NCBI GenBank assembly: GCA_026026165.1
Contig: JAPEUD010000056.1
Coordinates: 1-64,000, forward strand
DNA: 64,000 nt
Source of the DNA: Sarea resinae
Lineage: Eukaryota
Reading direction: 5' to 3'
Positions within the stretch are counted from its first letter, which is position 1. The number at the start of each line of letters is the position of its first letter. Below the pieces are notes generated by a model. It was not told the origin of the DNA and did not search any database. It worked only from the letters and a program-made list of their open reading frames with translations. The position numbers were made by a program, and so were the translations under genes. This document shows positions 48,973 through 61,756 of the stretch, in pieces.

Positions 48973-50561
48973 ATGGGGGACAAGATGGCAAAGTATAGGA
49001 CGGAGATCCAGCAGGTAAGTGGGCAGACGATCGTGTCCAGCGCACTCGAAGCCGCTCCAGTTCTCAAGCATGTTCATTCGCTCCCTGCGTTCTCGCACAT
49101 CATGGATTCAAATGCAGATTATGCGATGCCGAATAAGTCTTTTGGGTGTTTCTCGCCGACTGCTTCCGTTCCACGCAACAATCATCCTGTGAACGGAGGG
49201 GCCTTCTGCGCCTCCAGTAGCTGCGCTGCTTCAGATTCACTGGAGGGCCAGTCACGTTCGCGCACCGTCCTTTCTTTTGCTCATTCAGGTCCTTCGAGTC
49301 TCAAGAACAGCTTCTCTTTCTTCTGAGCTTGACAGTCGTTTGTTGTCTCCTTGGTTCCAGTCGTTCTACCCTTTACCCTGTCTGTCATTTCAAAATGCGC
49401 TCCTACTACGACTACCTTGTCGAAACACAACCTCCCAATCCAAAGGATCAAATTCCAGATGATCAGGATGACGAGTCGACTGGTGAGTGGAAGGAAAGGC
49501 TAACAACTGTTCTCGAAAAGATGATGTTCGTCTCTGGTGAAACCGGTGATATATCCCCTGAGACCACTGGCATGGTAGAGGAAATTGTACGACAACAGGT
49601 CATCGAAATTGTAAGCCAACTGTAACTTGGATCCCTCATTCGAGCGAATCCTAACTTGCTGATTTGTCCTAGCTCAGCCAATGTACTGCCCAAGCCGCAC
49701 GACGCGGTGTTCGCTCGATCTCCACGGATGATCTCATCTTCTTGATTCGCCATGATAAGGCTAAAGTATCCCGCCTCCGAACCTTCCTCTCGTGGAAAGA
49801 TGTGCGCAAGAATGTGAAAGACTCAGACGACAAAGGTGGAGGTGACGCAGCTGACTTTGCAGCCGGAGATGATCCCCTAGCAGCTGGCGTTGTCGGTGGC
49901 GGCGGGCCCGTCGGCGATGCTGCCAAGAAGAACAAGAAAGCCAAAGTAGGCCTGCCATGGGAAGTCTCGAGTTTCTACAGTGAGACGGTACCGGAGCGCG
50001 AAGATGAGGAAGACGAGGAGGAGGAAGAGATGAATTACGCCACCCTCCAGCGTCTCAAAAATGCCGACGAGCGTACCAAGCATATGACTAGGGAAGAATA
50101 CGTCCACTGGTCTGACTGTCGTCAAGCATCATTCACATTTCGCAAAGGCAAACGTTTCAAGGAGTGGGCCGGCTTCGGCGTCGTCACGGATAGCAAACCC
50201 AACGACGACATTGTCGATATTCTTGGCTTCCTAACATTCGAGATCGTACAGACGCTTACAGAAGAGGCATTGAAGGTTAAGGAGGCGGAGGACCAGATCA
50301 AGCGCGAAAACGGCGGGGAGAGCCAGAGCCAACGGCGGAAGAGGAAGCGAGAGACTGGCCTTTTTGACCCGCCAGAAGAAGTCAGAACCCCCGTGCAGCC
50401 GAGACACGTCCAGGAGGCTTTTAGGAGGCTGCAGCATCGTGGAAATAAGGGCAGGGCAATGAGGAATTTCTCTCGGGATCTATATCGAACGCCTTTGAAG
50501 CTGGTAAGCAATTTCGTTGCGCATGTGCGGAATGTAATACTAAAAGCTCGACTAGATTTAA
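48973..50561 (+). CDS. SPT3: SAGA complex subunit Spt3
   Basis: [16 protein letters not shown]...IVRQQVIEI|...[17 protein letters not shown]...[32 protein letters not shown]...[19 protein letters not shown]. First intron 49015-49520; final micro-exon ATT TAA. Confidence 0.95.
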
Positions 50562-50825
50562 GCCAGGGATACCAGGGTTTGGACTAGGGCGCTATGACGG
50601 CAAGGATAGGGGGCTGGGGGTGTTCTAGGCTATTGAGGAACGGCGTTTTAGAAGCATCTCATAGGCATCACATTGCGTTTCAGGACCGGTATGACGGATG
50701 TTGTCTAGTACTCCTTTCTCATACAAAGCCCGTCCATATGGATGGTTCTCGTCGTAAAAAATCAGCCATGAACTGCAAATTCGTAAACTCCAAACTCCAC
50801 ACGCTGACGGTGCTGTGCAATGATA

Positions 50826-51874
50826 TCAAATCCTCTTCAGCGCTGCAAATCGCCTGGTCAATTCATCGGCATCCGGGATCTGTCCGCCCACAACGTTCTT
50901 GCCAGTTTTGCCTTGAGCCTGAGCATTATCTGCCTTGGAGGGATTACTCTTCGTTTCCTTCTTTGCTCCAGCTGCCTTCGTACTTGGCTTCGATTCCGGT
51001 GGCCCAGGAAGTTTAAGAGTCGGCCTCGGGTTCTCGGTACTAGGACTTTGGGGCGCCACCCTCACGGGAGATTGAGGACCTAGATTCCGCGGTGGTGTGG
51101 CGTGGCTGAGTTCGTCCGTCGTCAATGGGTCTTCTAGATTCCGTACCGCCTGTCCACCGCTTGGATTCTCGTCGTCGTCATCAATATCATCATCCGAGAC
51201 CGTCTCCTTCTTCGGCCAAGGCACCCCATACGTCCTCGCAATCTCGGTCAAATAGCTCGTGACCAGCTCTTGCTCTGGCGGCTCGACCCTCAGTTTCTTG
51301 ACCACCCTCTCCGCCACCTTCCCATCCGAATTCTCAATCGCCTGCAACGCGAAATCCTTGCCGTATTTTTCTACTAGAAGCTGTCGAGCCTGTTGGAGTT
51401 CTTTGATGTCTGTGCGCGGGGCAGCGTAGATGATGGATTTGACGGCTTCTTCGAGCCCCGGGTCGCACTCCTTGGCTTCAAGGAGGCCGATTCGTGCCAG
51501 GAGCAGCTCGCAGTAGAGTTCAAGGATCTCGAGTAGCTCGGTCGATATATCGCTCCGGATGATGTTCTCGACCCTGATGCGGGCGGATTCCTCTTTGCCT
51601 TGCTATGGTTGTGGTGGTATGTCAGGCTAGGCTTGAAGGATGGTAAGGATGGGGCCGAGAGATTTACCTCGAGTAGTTGAGCCATGGCTCGTCTTTGCTG
51701 CTTCGCGATCGCCGTGTCCTTTTGCTGGACCATGCGCAACCTGCTGATGGACAGCTTGAGCTGCACCTTGAGCTTCGACTGTTGATGAGTCTTTGGTCAG
51801 TACTGGTGTCTGATGCATAGGGACAGACGGAGCGAGCGATGCGGGCTTACTGTCACCGAGGATAACGGCGCCAT
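50826..51874 (-). CDS. IST1: ESCRT-III-associated Vps4 regulator Ist1
   Basis: KLKVQLKLSISRLRMVQQK...RRAMAQLLE|QGKEESARIRVENIIRSD...ELYCELLLARIGLL...KSIIYAAPR and a C-terminal MIM DELTRRFAALKR. Confidence 0.93.
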
Positions 51875-52206
51875 GATGCGTAGGTCTGGAGAAGAGAGCG
51901 TGAAGGTGAAGCTGCAGCGGTCTCTGTTCTATGACGGGGCCTCTGTTATATGACGAGGCGTTTGTGATTGTACTCTGGCCGTCGTCGGCTGCACTCCAGA
52001 GTAGGTGATCGGGTGCCCCTCGTTCCTAATCGAGCAGCAGCAACCTTGCGCAGATCCCCGGATTACGTCGGCCATAACGAGTGCTCAGTAAAGGATCGAC
52101 TCCCCACTCCAAAAAACAGTCACTCGCAATTACGACCATGCTCGCCATGCGACCAAGCCGAAGCAAACCCTAAGAGCAATGGAATCGTGTCATCGTGACT
52201 ATCAAC

Positions 52207-55200
52207 ATGGTCAATTGGATGCCGCAGAAGGCGGTCGACCTGGTGGGCAACCGTGCTGATGCGATATGGGAGAACCTGCAGAAGAGTATGTTGTTGTCTT
52301 ACTGCTAGCTGTCGCATACTATACACCTCCCCTCCTGCGGATGGGGTCATGGCATTGACGGGATACGATCCCTCCTGAGACAGACTTCTGACGTGTTGGC
52401 ATCATCAGACAATCTATGGAAGCGCATGTTCAAGAACGTCCTCACGACCACGATCGTTGGTGAGTCGCCATCGTACCCCGCAACGGCGCGACCCAATGGG
52501 CACTCAAGCTGATTTTCCGTCAGTGTCGATATGTCTGATTCCTGGCACTCGCACCGCATTCGGACGTGCGGCGTACCTTTCCGCCATCGCGACTGTCTTC
52601 GGTCACCCGGGCAGGCGTTTCGGCATGATGGCTGAGGCCTTGGCCCTAGGCGCTTCCGGGGTGCTGGTGGGCGTCGCCTGGTCAATATTAGGCATATATC
52701 TGGCATCATTGGTGATTGAAACAAATGCCCCCGCTGCCTACACGATCCGAGGGTTATTTCTGACCGTGGTCTTGCTCGTGCATGGCTTCCTCCGATCACA
52801 CTCGCCGCGTCTGTTCATATTCGTGCTCCTCTTAGTGATCGTCAATGTGGTCACTCTGACCTCGCCTGCTCAGACCGTTTCGAGGACACTAGCTACGCAG
52901 ATTATATACCCTATCTTTACTTCTTTCGGTATCATCATGCTTATCAATGTTACGGTGTTCCCTGAATTCAGCTCGGATTTTCTCGGGCGGACGACCATTG
53001 ATACGCTGAATGAAACGGTCAACACTATGAGGGATGCCACTGTGTATTTTCGTCAAGAGTCTGGACAGGCTGATCTATCGGTCGAAGAACATGAGCCGAA
53101 TGCTGACAAGGACCACGCATCCGATGATCCGGATGAAAAGTCGTCTACTAAGGTAGATAGCAGCCACCGACTATGGTGGAAGCGGTTGCTTAGGCGTAAG
53201 CCAAAGCAACCCCAGGCTTCGAAACAAGAAAGCCCCAGAAAGATTACCATAAAAGACTTGACCTCTGCGAAGAACCAATTAAGGACAAAACTGGCTGGCT
53301 GCAAGTCAGCTCAGAGAGAATGCAATTTCGAACTTGCGGTTTCCTGTTTGCCACCAAGGAGTCTGAAACCTATCAGTGAGGAGGCCATGAAGAGGATAGT
53401 TGCAAACACAATCACCTTAATCGGCGCTTGTGAGAGTAAGTTTGCTCTTCTCGGAGAGGAACAAGAGCCGGACTCCGAGACGCAAGCTACCCGTCAATCA
53501 AAAAATCCAGCTGGAGGGTACGCGAACGGTACGCCTTCAAAGCCCGAGCTAAGTGGAGGCGAGACCTCAGGCCAAGATGAATCTGTTCCTCCCAGCGAGG
53601 ACTCGGATGAGAAGCCAAAAAGAAGGAAGAAGGATGAAAAATTGAGTCGGAAGAAACGATTGCAGCAGGAAAAGGATCGGATAGAGCTCGTCAAACCTCG
53701 CCGTGAAATCGAATTCGGTGATGTCGGGCTTGCTCGATATCTCATGGCACGGGTATCAGATTCTTTGAGCGATCTCCAAAAAGTGATCGACAGGAGTGTC
53801 GAGGTGGTTGGCATCTGCGTTGCACACACCTACGTATGTCTTCATTTGAAAACCAGAGTCCTAGATTGCTGATTTAGAAGGAATAGGATGTCAAAAGCCC
53901 ACCTTCTGGTGCTCACGTACCTTCAGGACTACTGCTAGAGGAGATGGATATTTACATTGAAAATCTGAAGGAAGGCCTCGAAACCTTCGATCGAAACTCT
54001 AGTGCTGCGATCCAGGGAGCTGGACTCTTGCAGCAGCTAGAGGAGAGTCAAATGGACATTATGCCGAGAGAAGAGATATTCCTTGTGTCTTCTTTCCTTC
54101 TAAATCTCAGACATGCTGCGTAAGTACTCAGTCTCATGCTTGTCTCACTGCTTATTGACTGGATTTCTAGCGAACATGTCCTAGAAATGATGAAGCACTG
54201 CCGCAAATTATTGGAGCAGCATCAACGTCGACATGGGAGAAAGACATTATACCCACCGCGCATTGCCTGGAAAAAATGGCTCTATACCGGCGGGGAGCAG
54301 TATGAGGAGGGACAAGCTGATGGTAGCACCATAGTGACTAGGCGGAATGTGCCTGATGACGACGACGATGATGACCAGGAGCTGGATGGGCCGAATAGCA
54401 AAGAAAATCTGCTTACAGAGTCTCATTCTCATGTTTCAAAAAATCAAGACCTGCCAAAAGATCCCGAGCAAGACGCTGTAGAACCAAAGAAGAAAGCACC
54501 TTCCTCAGGCCAGAAGACCACTGCGAAGGTCCGAAGAAAACGGAAATCAAAGTCTATTGCTTGGAGAGAAAGGATTGCGAATGCTACTGAGTGGGCACAA
54601 TCATCAGAGGATGTGGCTTTTGCTATCAAATTCGCATGTGGGGCGATGCTTGTCATCTGGCCCTCTCTCATCGCCCATTGGAACACTTGGTATTCCTTGA
54701 ATCGTGGACGTAAGTCTAATTATGCACGTCCACACAATAACTGCGGCTAACTCATCTAGTTTGGGCTGCTCTTCAGCTGGTCTTGGTTACAGAGACGGCT
54801 ATTGGTAGCTCGGTCATGACCTTCTTCCTCCGACTGATTGGAACAACTCTGGGCTGTCTATGGGGCTGGGCCGCCCTGTCAGCGCGAAACGAAAATCGTA
54901 TAGTATGTGCTGCCATGATATTTATCGGTCTCATCCCTTCAGTCTATATCCAATTGGGGACCAAGTACATGAAAGCTGGCATGGTCTCGATCATCAGCAT
55001 GTGCATTGTGGTCCTGGCCACTGAATTGCAGACTGTCCCAGGTGAGAACTCATTCTCATGCTCGAGTCAAAGAGTTGCTGGCTGATGTTGTCTCAGGCTC
55101 TGCAACGGAGAATTTCCTCAAAAGATGGATTGCCTTTATGATTGGAGGTGCCGTTGCCCTAATGATAGAGTTTGTTCTTTTCCCAGTGAAGGCTCGATCG

Positions 55201-56273
55201 AAGTTAGTCGATTCTCTAGCAGCATCGATAAAATACATTACCGAGATGGAAAGCTGTATTGCGTATGGCGTGGAGCAGAGAACAAATGTGGACGTCTACT
55301 CACCTAATGTGTTTAAGCGCTTCGAACGTGTCAGCAATAAGGCCAAATCGGCCTTGAATGCCGCTGGTTCATTTTGTGAGCCGATATTTTGCCGTGTAAG
55401 TGAATTCATTGCTGATGAAGATTGTAGTGCCGTTTTGTAGGAACGAGCCAAGGCTCAAGGGGTCCTTTGAGGCGCTTGCTCTGGTTTACGGAGAGGTAAG
55501 TAAATCTTATCGAAGGAGGACTGATCTAACATGTCCTTAGATTCTATTTGTCCTTCATGAGATCGTCGACAAAATGGATAATCTGCTACAACTACGTACT
55601 GCCTATGGGTCAGGTATTCTAGAGGAACACAACGTAATTGCGCTTCATCTCAGTTTCTTTCGTCGTTCTAACAGGCGCAAAGGCTCAAGTTTATTCCTAC
55701 CGTCGGAACGTCGCTGGATCCATCACGATCACCCTTTTCGCCGTCCACGAGGCGCTTACAACAAAACTTCCGCTGCCCCAATTCCTTCCCTCCGCTCGCC
55801 TGGCGCATCTCCGCATGATCAACAGAGTTCGCGAAGTTGTCCTCACAACCGCTGAAGACGACGAAAGAAATCTAATTAAGGAAATTCACAACCCCGCCCA
55901 ACGCAAGTTCGCGCGCCAGAAGTACTTATCCTGGAACGCCACGGCGGCCGCGCAAGTGGAAGTGGTGGAGTACCTGGAGGAGCTCATTGACCTTGCCAAA
56001 TTACTCGTGGGTGCCAATGAGTTTCGGAGTGGGATGCTGCTCCGACCTACATATCGAGATTATATCGAGAAGATAGGCAGACAAGACGAGCAGTGGGAAG
56101 CTCCTTCTAGTACTAATCGGACAGAAGATGTTCCGTTGAAGAAGGTGCCGACCGTCGAGTCGGTTGAAGCGGCGGATCTTCCAAATCCGTTGAAGAGAAT
56201 TCATACGAGGAGATTAGAGACTAGAATCGAGAGGCAGAAAACGAATGAGAGTTGGAAAGATGTGGGGCAGTAG
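52207..56273 (+). CDS. FUSC/ArAE-like (Bre4-type) multi-pass membrane protein
   Basis: N-terminal TM block (WKRMFKN...TVFGHPGRRFGMMAE), a second TM block (FAIKF...RG|WAALQ...RLIGTTLGCLWG...KRWIAFMIGGAVAL...FPVKAR) and the C-terminal EPRLKGSF / PLPQFLPSARLAHLR motifs. About 9 introns; start uncertain. Confidence 0.82.
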
Positions 56274-56995
56274 ATCTTGAGGCACGAGTAGGACAGTCGG
56301 CGTTGCTGCTTTAGAGTTGGGTTTCTAGGGATCTGGCATTGGTGTTGTGGGCAGGAAAATCCCCTCGTCCAGAATTTTGCATATCTGGTTTCGCAGCACT
56401 CTGCTTAAGGTATACACAACTATAAACGCAGATCCTAGAAACGTTCCATTTGAGATCACGACGGTATGAAGATAGTTTAGAGACGGTCAATATATGGTAG
56501 GAGCTGTACTTCCATGATTGATGATGTTGATGACGTTGATGGTAGTTCTTGTGTAGCTTCTATTTCTTGAGGTCCCAAACATGTGCATTCAACCCACTCG
56601 CACTATTAAGGGGGTAGGATACACTGATCGTGGAGCCACCTAGGCGACAGCAAGATAGGTATCTCTATGTTACAATCCAACAGCATCCCATGCATCTGGT
56701 ACGATGGTTGCTCGTCCGTCACTTCCACAGTGAATGCCGAAACAGGATGGTTGATATGATGGCCTCTCTCACGAAGGGAAAGCACGACTCAGGGTAAACA
56801 AAGGCTGAGACGTTCGACGATAATTGTCGAAAACTCCCCGGCCATCGGATCGGAGAACGGAGCTAGAGTTTAGCCGCGATGGCGCCGGGTAACCCCCAAC
56901 CGGCCTTGCCGCGCCCCTAACGTTATCGCAATCCTTCCACTGGGCCTCAGTCGCACTGCTTTCTTGAATCGCAAGCCGGTGCCCAATTCGACATA

Positions 56996-57868
56996 ATGGT
57001 TCTCTCCTTTATCCTGGTCCAGAATAGACAGTAAGTCTTACTATTCCGTCGACTGAGGATGACGATTGTTATGATTTGTTCCAGCGACTAAGAGGGGTGA
57101 TTAGGGGCAAGACTCGCCTTTCGAAGTGGTATGCGCCGTATAACGTAAGACATCTCTGGAGCTCGGGTTGGACCTGAAGCGGATGGAAGGGGAAAATCGA
57201 CGAATTTGGGAAGATGGAAGCTGATGATGGTGTTGGAATATATAGGATGAGGAGAAGATCAAGTTGAAGGGCGAAGTGAGTACACAATGTCATCTTCCGT
57301 TTTCCTTTGCAGCGCACGACGCCGGAACCTCTCCACCATTTCCAACCACTATAACCACATCTAACGCCCTTCCTCCGCTACCGTAGGTCCATCGACTAGT
57401 GGCCCCCCGTGACCAAAAATACCAGTCCAATTTCGTCGAGTTCCGGAATAACAAGATCGTCTACCGGCGGTACGCAGGCCTCTTCTTCTGCGTCTGCGTC
57501 GACGCCAACGACAACGAACTGGCCTATCTGGAGGCTATCCATTTCTTTGTGGAGGTGCTGGATAGCTTCTTCGGAAATGTTTGCGAGCTGGATCTGGTCT
57601 TCAACTTTTACAAGGTACGTCTTGGATGTGTTTTGGTACTGCCCGAATTGCGGACCAGTGTAAATGGAGCGAGGAGAGGCGAATGCTCCGGTTCCGGAGG
57701 TTTACCGCTGGGGGGCCGCAGATTATATGACTGGATGCCTGAGTCACTGATCACTAATATACTTAGGTCTACGCAATCCTAGACGAAGTCTTCCTGGCCG
57801 GCGAAATCGAAGAGACAAGCAAACAGGTCGTTCTGACACGATTAGAACATCTAGATAAGCTTGAATAG
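56996..57868 (+). CDS. APS2: AP-2 adaptor complex sigma subunit
   Basis: Five exons: [70 protein letters not shown]...[41 protein letters not shown]. Confidence 0.96.
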
Positions 57869-59619
57869 AAAACGAGTTCTGCTCGGGACGGAGGAGAGAA
57901 TGCTGCGATGGGGTTGCTTAGAGCATGATGGGCTGGGAGATGCATTGGGTGGAGTCACGGCGTCTTGAAATTTGCCTATCGCTACTGTATCTAGGGCTTA
58001 TAGGGAGCGGAGCGAGCCACTGATCTCTTACACATGGCCTTCACCTGTCTGATAGCTCATTGGGATACTTCTTTTTTGCCTACAGCGGTTGTAGATTAGC
58101 TCTTTGGGTCGACGATTGCGATCAGGAGATAAAGATCGCTGCTCCGGATGCGGGGGGACTTATCTGCGAATATATGAAATTCCATTCACTACAGCGTCTA
58201 TCCTAGTAGCTATTCTGCCAAAGACTTTGTCCCTTGGAATCTCTGTTGTCTCTGCTACGTAGAAGTTGTGATTCGAATGGCAAGTTGGTCAAATCAGCGC
58301 CCCTTTACAGCATTACTTATCATCGAAGACGAATTATTCTCCTATCTTCTTAGTATTCAATTATATGAGATCCAAAGGCCTTGCTAAGTGTAAAAGTAAA
58401 AAAATATAACGATGCCATTAGTCCCTTCTCTTAACCTCACGCCCCGCAGCCCCTACGCATCGTCTCGACCGTGCTGAGAATCCGTAGGCCTTGCTGTTCT
58501 CATTCTGACGTTGTATCTGCCCTCACACTGTACTATAAGCACCTCGTTTATATCCGTAGCCAACAGCGTATGACATCTCGTTCCGTCGCACGAGGAAGCA
58601 AAGTAGGACTGGGCCCTGCCACAATAGATCCCTCCACAGTCCTGTATCCACTTCTCTCCGTGTGTAGAGTGGCCATATCTGCTTTTCTGTGAAGCAGTAG
58701 TGGGAAATGAACATCTGGCTTGCCGTTCTTCTGTAAATCTCAGTGGCCTCGAATCACCAACGTTTGCTCACCATCTCAACCCCTATGATTGAGGACTCGT
58801 CCCACTCGCGCTCCCCCAAGATGCCCGTATCCCGTCACTAGCTGTGTAGCTTCGAGGCGGATGAGTAGTTAGTTGCCTTTGCCCGCCCAGCCAAACAAAC
58901 TCATCACCACGGCCCCTGTGCCGCCATCCTGGCCCGCTGTTTTCCTCCCCTAGAATCACCGCTTCTAACACCACATCGACACTCCTTGCACTGCCGCCCC
59001 TTAACACCCATTCCAGAACATCACCACCACACTTTCCCCTCCCATCCACACCCCGACACCCTCCCTCCTTGTACCAATGTCGCTTTGTCAGCGCCGAGAC
59101 ATTTGCCGCCGCACCCGTGAATTTTCTTGACTTTGCGGAATGAGATCAGTATCCCAATTAGGCGGCGATGTATAGCAGCTGATCATGCGGGAATCATCTA
59201 TTCATCGGTCAGTTTGCCTCCCCAGTGCCCATGGCGGTGCGGGGCCACGGCCTGCCTATAAATACGGCCTGCCCGCCCAGATTTTTTTTCGTTTCTTTTC
59301 TTTCTTCTTCACGATCAGCACCATCATCCACCTTAGCTTTTACGCTTTCATTGATCTCTATCCTCATCTTCTTATGTGTCAAAGGGTATGTGACCCATGC
59401 TGGCATGCTTTATACATATATAAAAAAGACACACATATATATATATATGTATACAGATAAGTATCATCATTTGTCATTTTGTCTTCGCGGCCGCGGTTTT
59501 TCTTGCTTTTCGTTATCTGGATGGCAGCTTCGAGGTCCTTCATCTCCAACTTCACTTGATATGATAGAACTGTGGATCAAAACCGTTTGAATCATCGACA
59601 TACTTTATCATGTATGACC

Positions 59620-60540
59620 CTCACTTGTCAATCATCGACAGTGATGCATTTTCGTTTGCTTCGTTGTTTGCTTCGTTGTTCTCCTCGTCGTTTTCTTCGT
59701 CGTTTGCTTCGTTGTTTGCTTCGTTGTTCTCCTCGTCGTTTTCTTCGTCGTTTGCTTCGTCGTTTGCTTCGGCGTCTGCTCCTTCACCTTACTCTTTATC
59801 TTATTCTTTATCATCGTCATATATCGTTCTGCGTCTGCTGTGGAGGTTTATCTACCTGTATCGTGATGGGTGCAAAGTTGTTCGGAGCTCAAACTAGCGG
59901 GCCGAGTCTTATTTTTGCTTGGTCTAAGACATACTTGGGCCTCGAGGAGTTTAAACCCTTCGAGGGACATGCTCGTGTTTCTCTTTAGCTGTCCGTCTTG
60001 TTCTCTTTTTCTATATATTTTTTTTTTCCTATATTTTTTCTCATGGATTAAAGTCCTTCTTCTTTTGGTTCTTCGGGTTCGTCAGATCGTGACCTATTGG
60101 GCGGTATTGGGCCGTTGGGCATAGGGCGTGTGAGAATCTCAGCACGCTCGAGCGGGGCCGATCGAGTAAGAAGCTTGGTAAGGCAGATCGGGTAAGAAGT
60201 CTGGTAAGACGGACCGTTTGTTGTTCGATACTCAGGATGAAGTGCGGCTCTACATCTGCCTGAGCGACCTTCGGCGGCAGAGCCAGCAGCGACTTTGGGA
60301 ATGCCGAACTCGAAACAGACTCTCAGGTCAGGACCGAAACCGAGAAGTAGCACTTCTCATAGCGCTACACAGTAGTAAGTCAAACTCTCCCTTCAAAATG
60401 AACCTAGCCTTAACGAAGCTGTCAAAGGCCTTCTTTGTACCTGTTTCCTAGCTGACCGGTCGAAAGTCTAAACTCCACATACGAGGTCTCCCAGAGTGAA
60501 GACAGCTTGTTGGGCCGGATCTTGTACTTCGCCATGATAC
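59620..60540 (-). pseudogene. Degenerate gene relic with many in-frame stops and an acidic repeat tail
   Basis: One minus-strand frame reads as protein but is interrupted by TAA/TAG/TGA (RYKEGL*QLR*G*VHFEGRV*LTTV*RYEKCYF...; DKE*DKE*GEGADAEANDEANDEENDEENN). Product not recognised. Confidence 0.45.
59652..59782. repeat. 12-bp-period tandem repeat containing an exact 48-bp duplication
   Basis: 59652-59699 is identical to 59700-59747 and is followed by more TCGTTTGCTTCG units. Confidence 0.9.
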
Positions 60541-61756
60541 CTGGCTCCCTAAGTCTATCGTGGACGCGGACGGAGCCCCTAGCTCGCACTAATCTTCGAA
60601 ATGCTTTATGCTAATCTGCTTCTTAACACAACTTCAAGGCTGTTGAGCTAGGATCATGATTTCCTTTCACGAACGTTCGATGGTTACCTTGTCTTTATAG
60701 CAGGACAGAAAAGAACAAGGACACTCACCTTGCTCGAACTAAGCTATCTCTCATTATGATAGGCAGCACCAAAGGTTTATACATTAACGGAGCAAAGCGA
60801 GCATTTGTAGGCTTCGCCATCCAGCTGGCGATGAATATATGAAAGAGGCAAAAGGCCGGCACGGCACGGTGCCGTGGAAAGCCAAAGATATCTCCGGGGG
60901 GAACGGTACTGAAGCCGCTGAAGAGCTGTATCATTAGATAAGGAACAAGGGGACAGCAGAAGAGAGTAAGTTAGCCAAGCATCCCACATTCCTCTTGTGC
61001 TTCGCTAGCTCTGCTAGAGCTGCCTTTTTGAGAAGCGCCTCGCAATGCCATGACTGTCTATTCCTCCAAGAGAGTCCTGCTGACATTTTCTGAGTCTTAG
61101 TGATCAACGACCCAGGATATATCCTGCTGATAGCAGATACTGTATACAATAGACAAAGAACGGGGTCTTGATACCATATACCATATACGAAAATCTGACA
61201 AGGGTCGTAGGTTCGGTGATGTTGTAAGGGTACTTCCCACAGGCTCAGAGGAGTGGCATAAATATGGTAAATAGGAATGAGAAAGAGGGCCGGAGGGATT
61301 CACACGTCACGATCCGGCGGGTGAGAAAGACTCTTGCATCCCTGAGCTAAGATCGGGCCAAAGATATCCTTCTTTATAAGAAAAAAAAAGTGAACTTACG
61401 AATAACTCAGCTGGGCCCTAAGTGATGGATATTAATCTGTGGCCCATGTGGCTCTGTCGTACAGGCGTGATTTTACTATTGCAAAAGCATGAGCTGATGA
61501 ATTGCGCGGCCCCGGAAATGAGCGCGCCGGGGAGGAAGTGTTCTTACCCTCTCCAACTGCTGAACAGAGACCGTCACCGGGTGCAGTCACATGCTGTAAG
61601 TCATCCCCTGCATCTCATTAGCCCTAGTCTCCGCTACTTTCTCTTCTTTCTTCTTACCTCTGACATCCGGCACAGAGAGAATATCATTCGCATCAACCTA
61701 AATGCTGGAATCACATCTCTTCTCTTCTTAAGTTGCCAATAGACTTCAGCATCTCT

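Noticed and set aside
59160..59230. tRNA-like start GGCGGCGATGTATAGC
   Set aside because: No T-loop GTTC motif or acceptor-stem complement.
59572..59988. Plus-strand Arg/Leu- or Ser/Phe-repeat ORFs; CRISPR-like array
   Set aside because: Alternative frames of the 12-bp tandem repeat; no unique spacers, and the DNA is eukaryotic.
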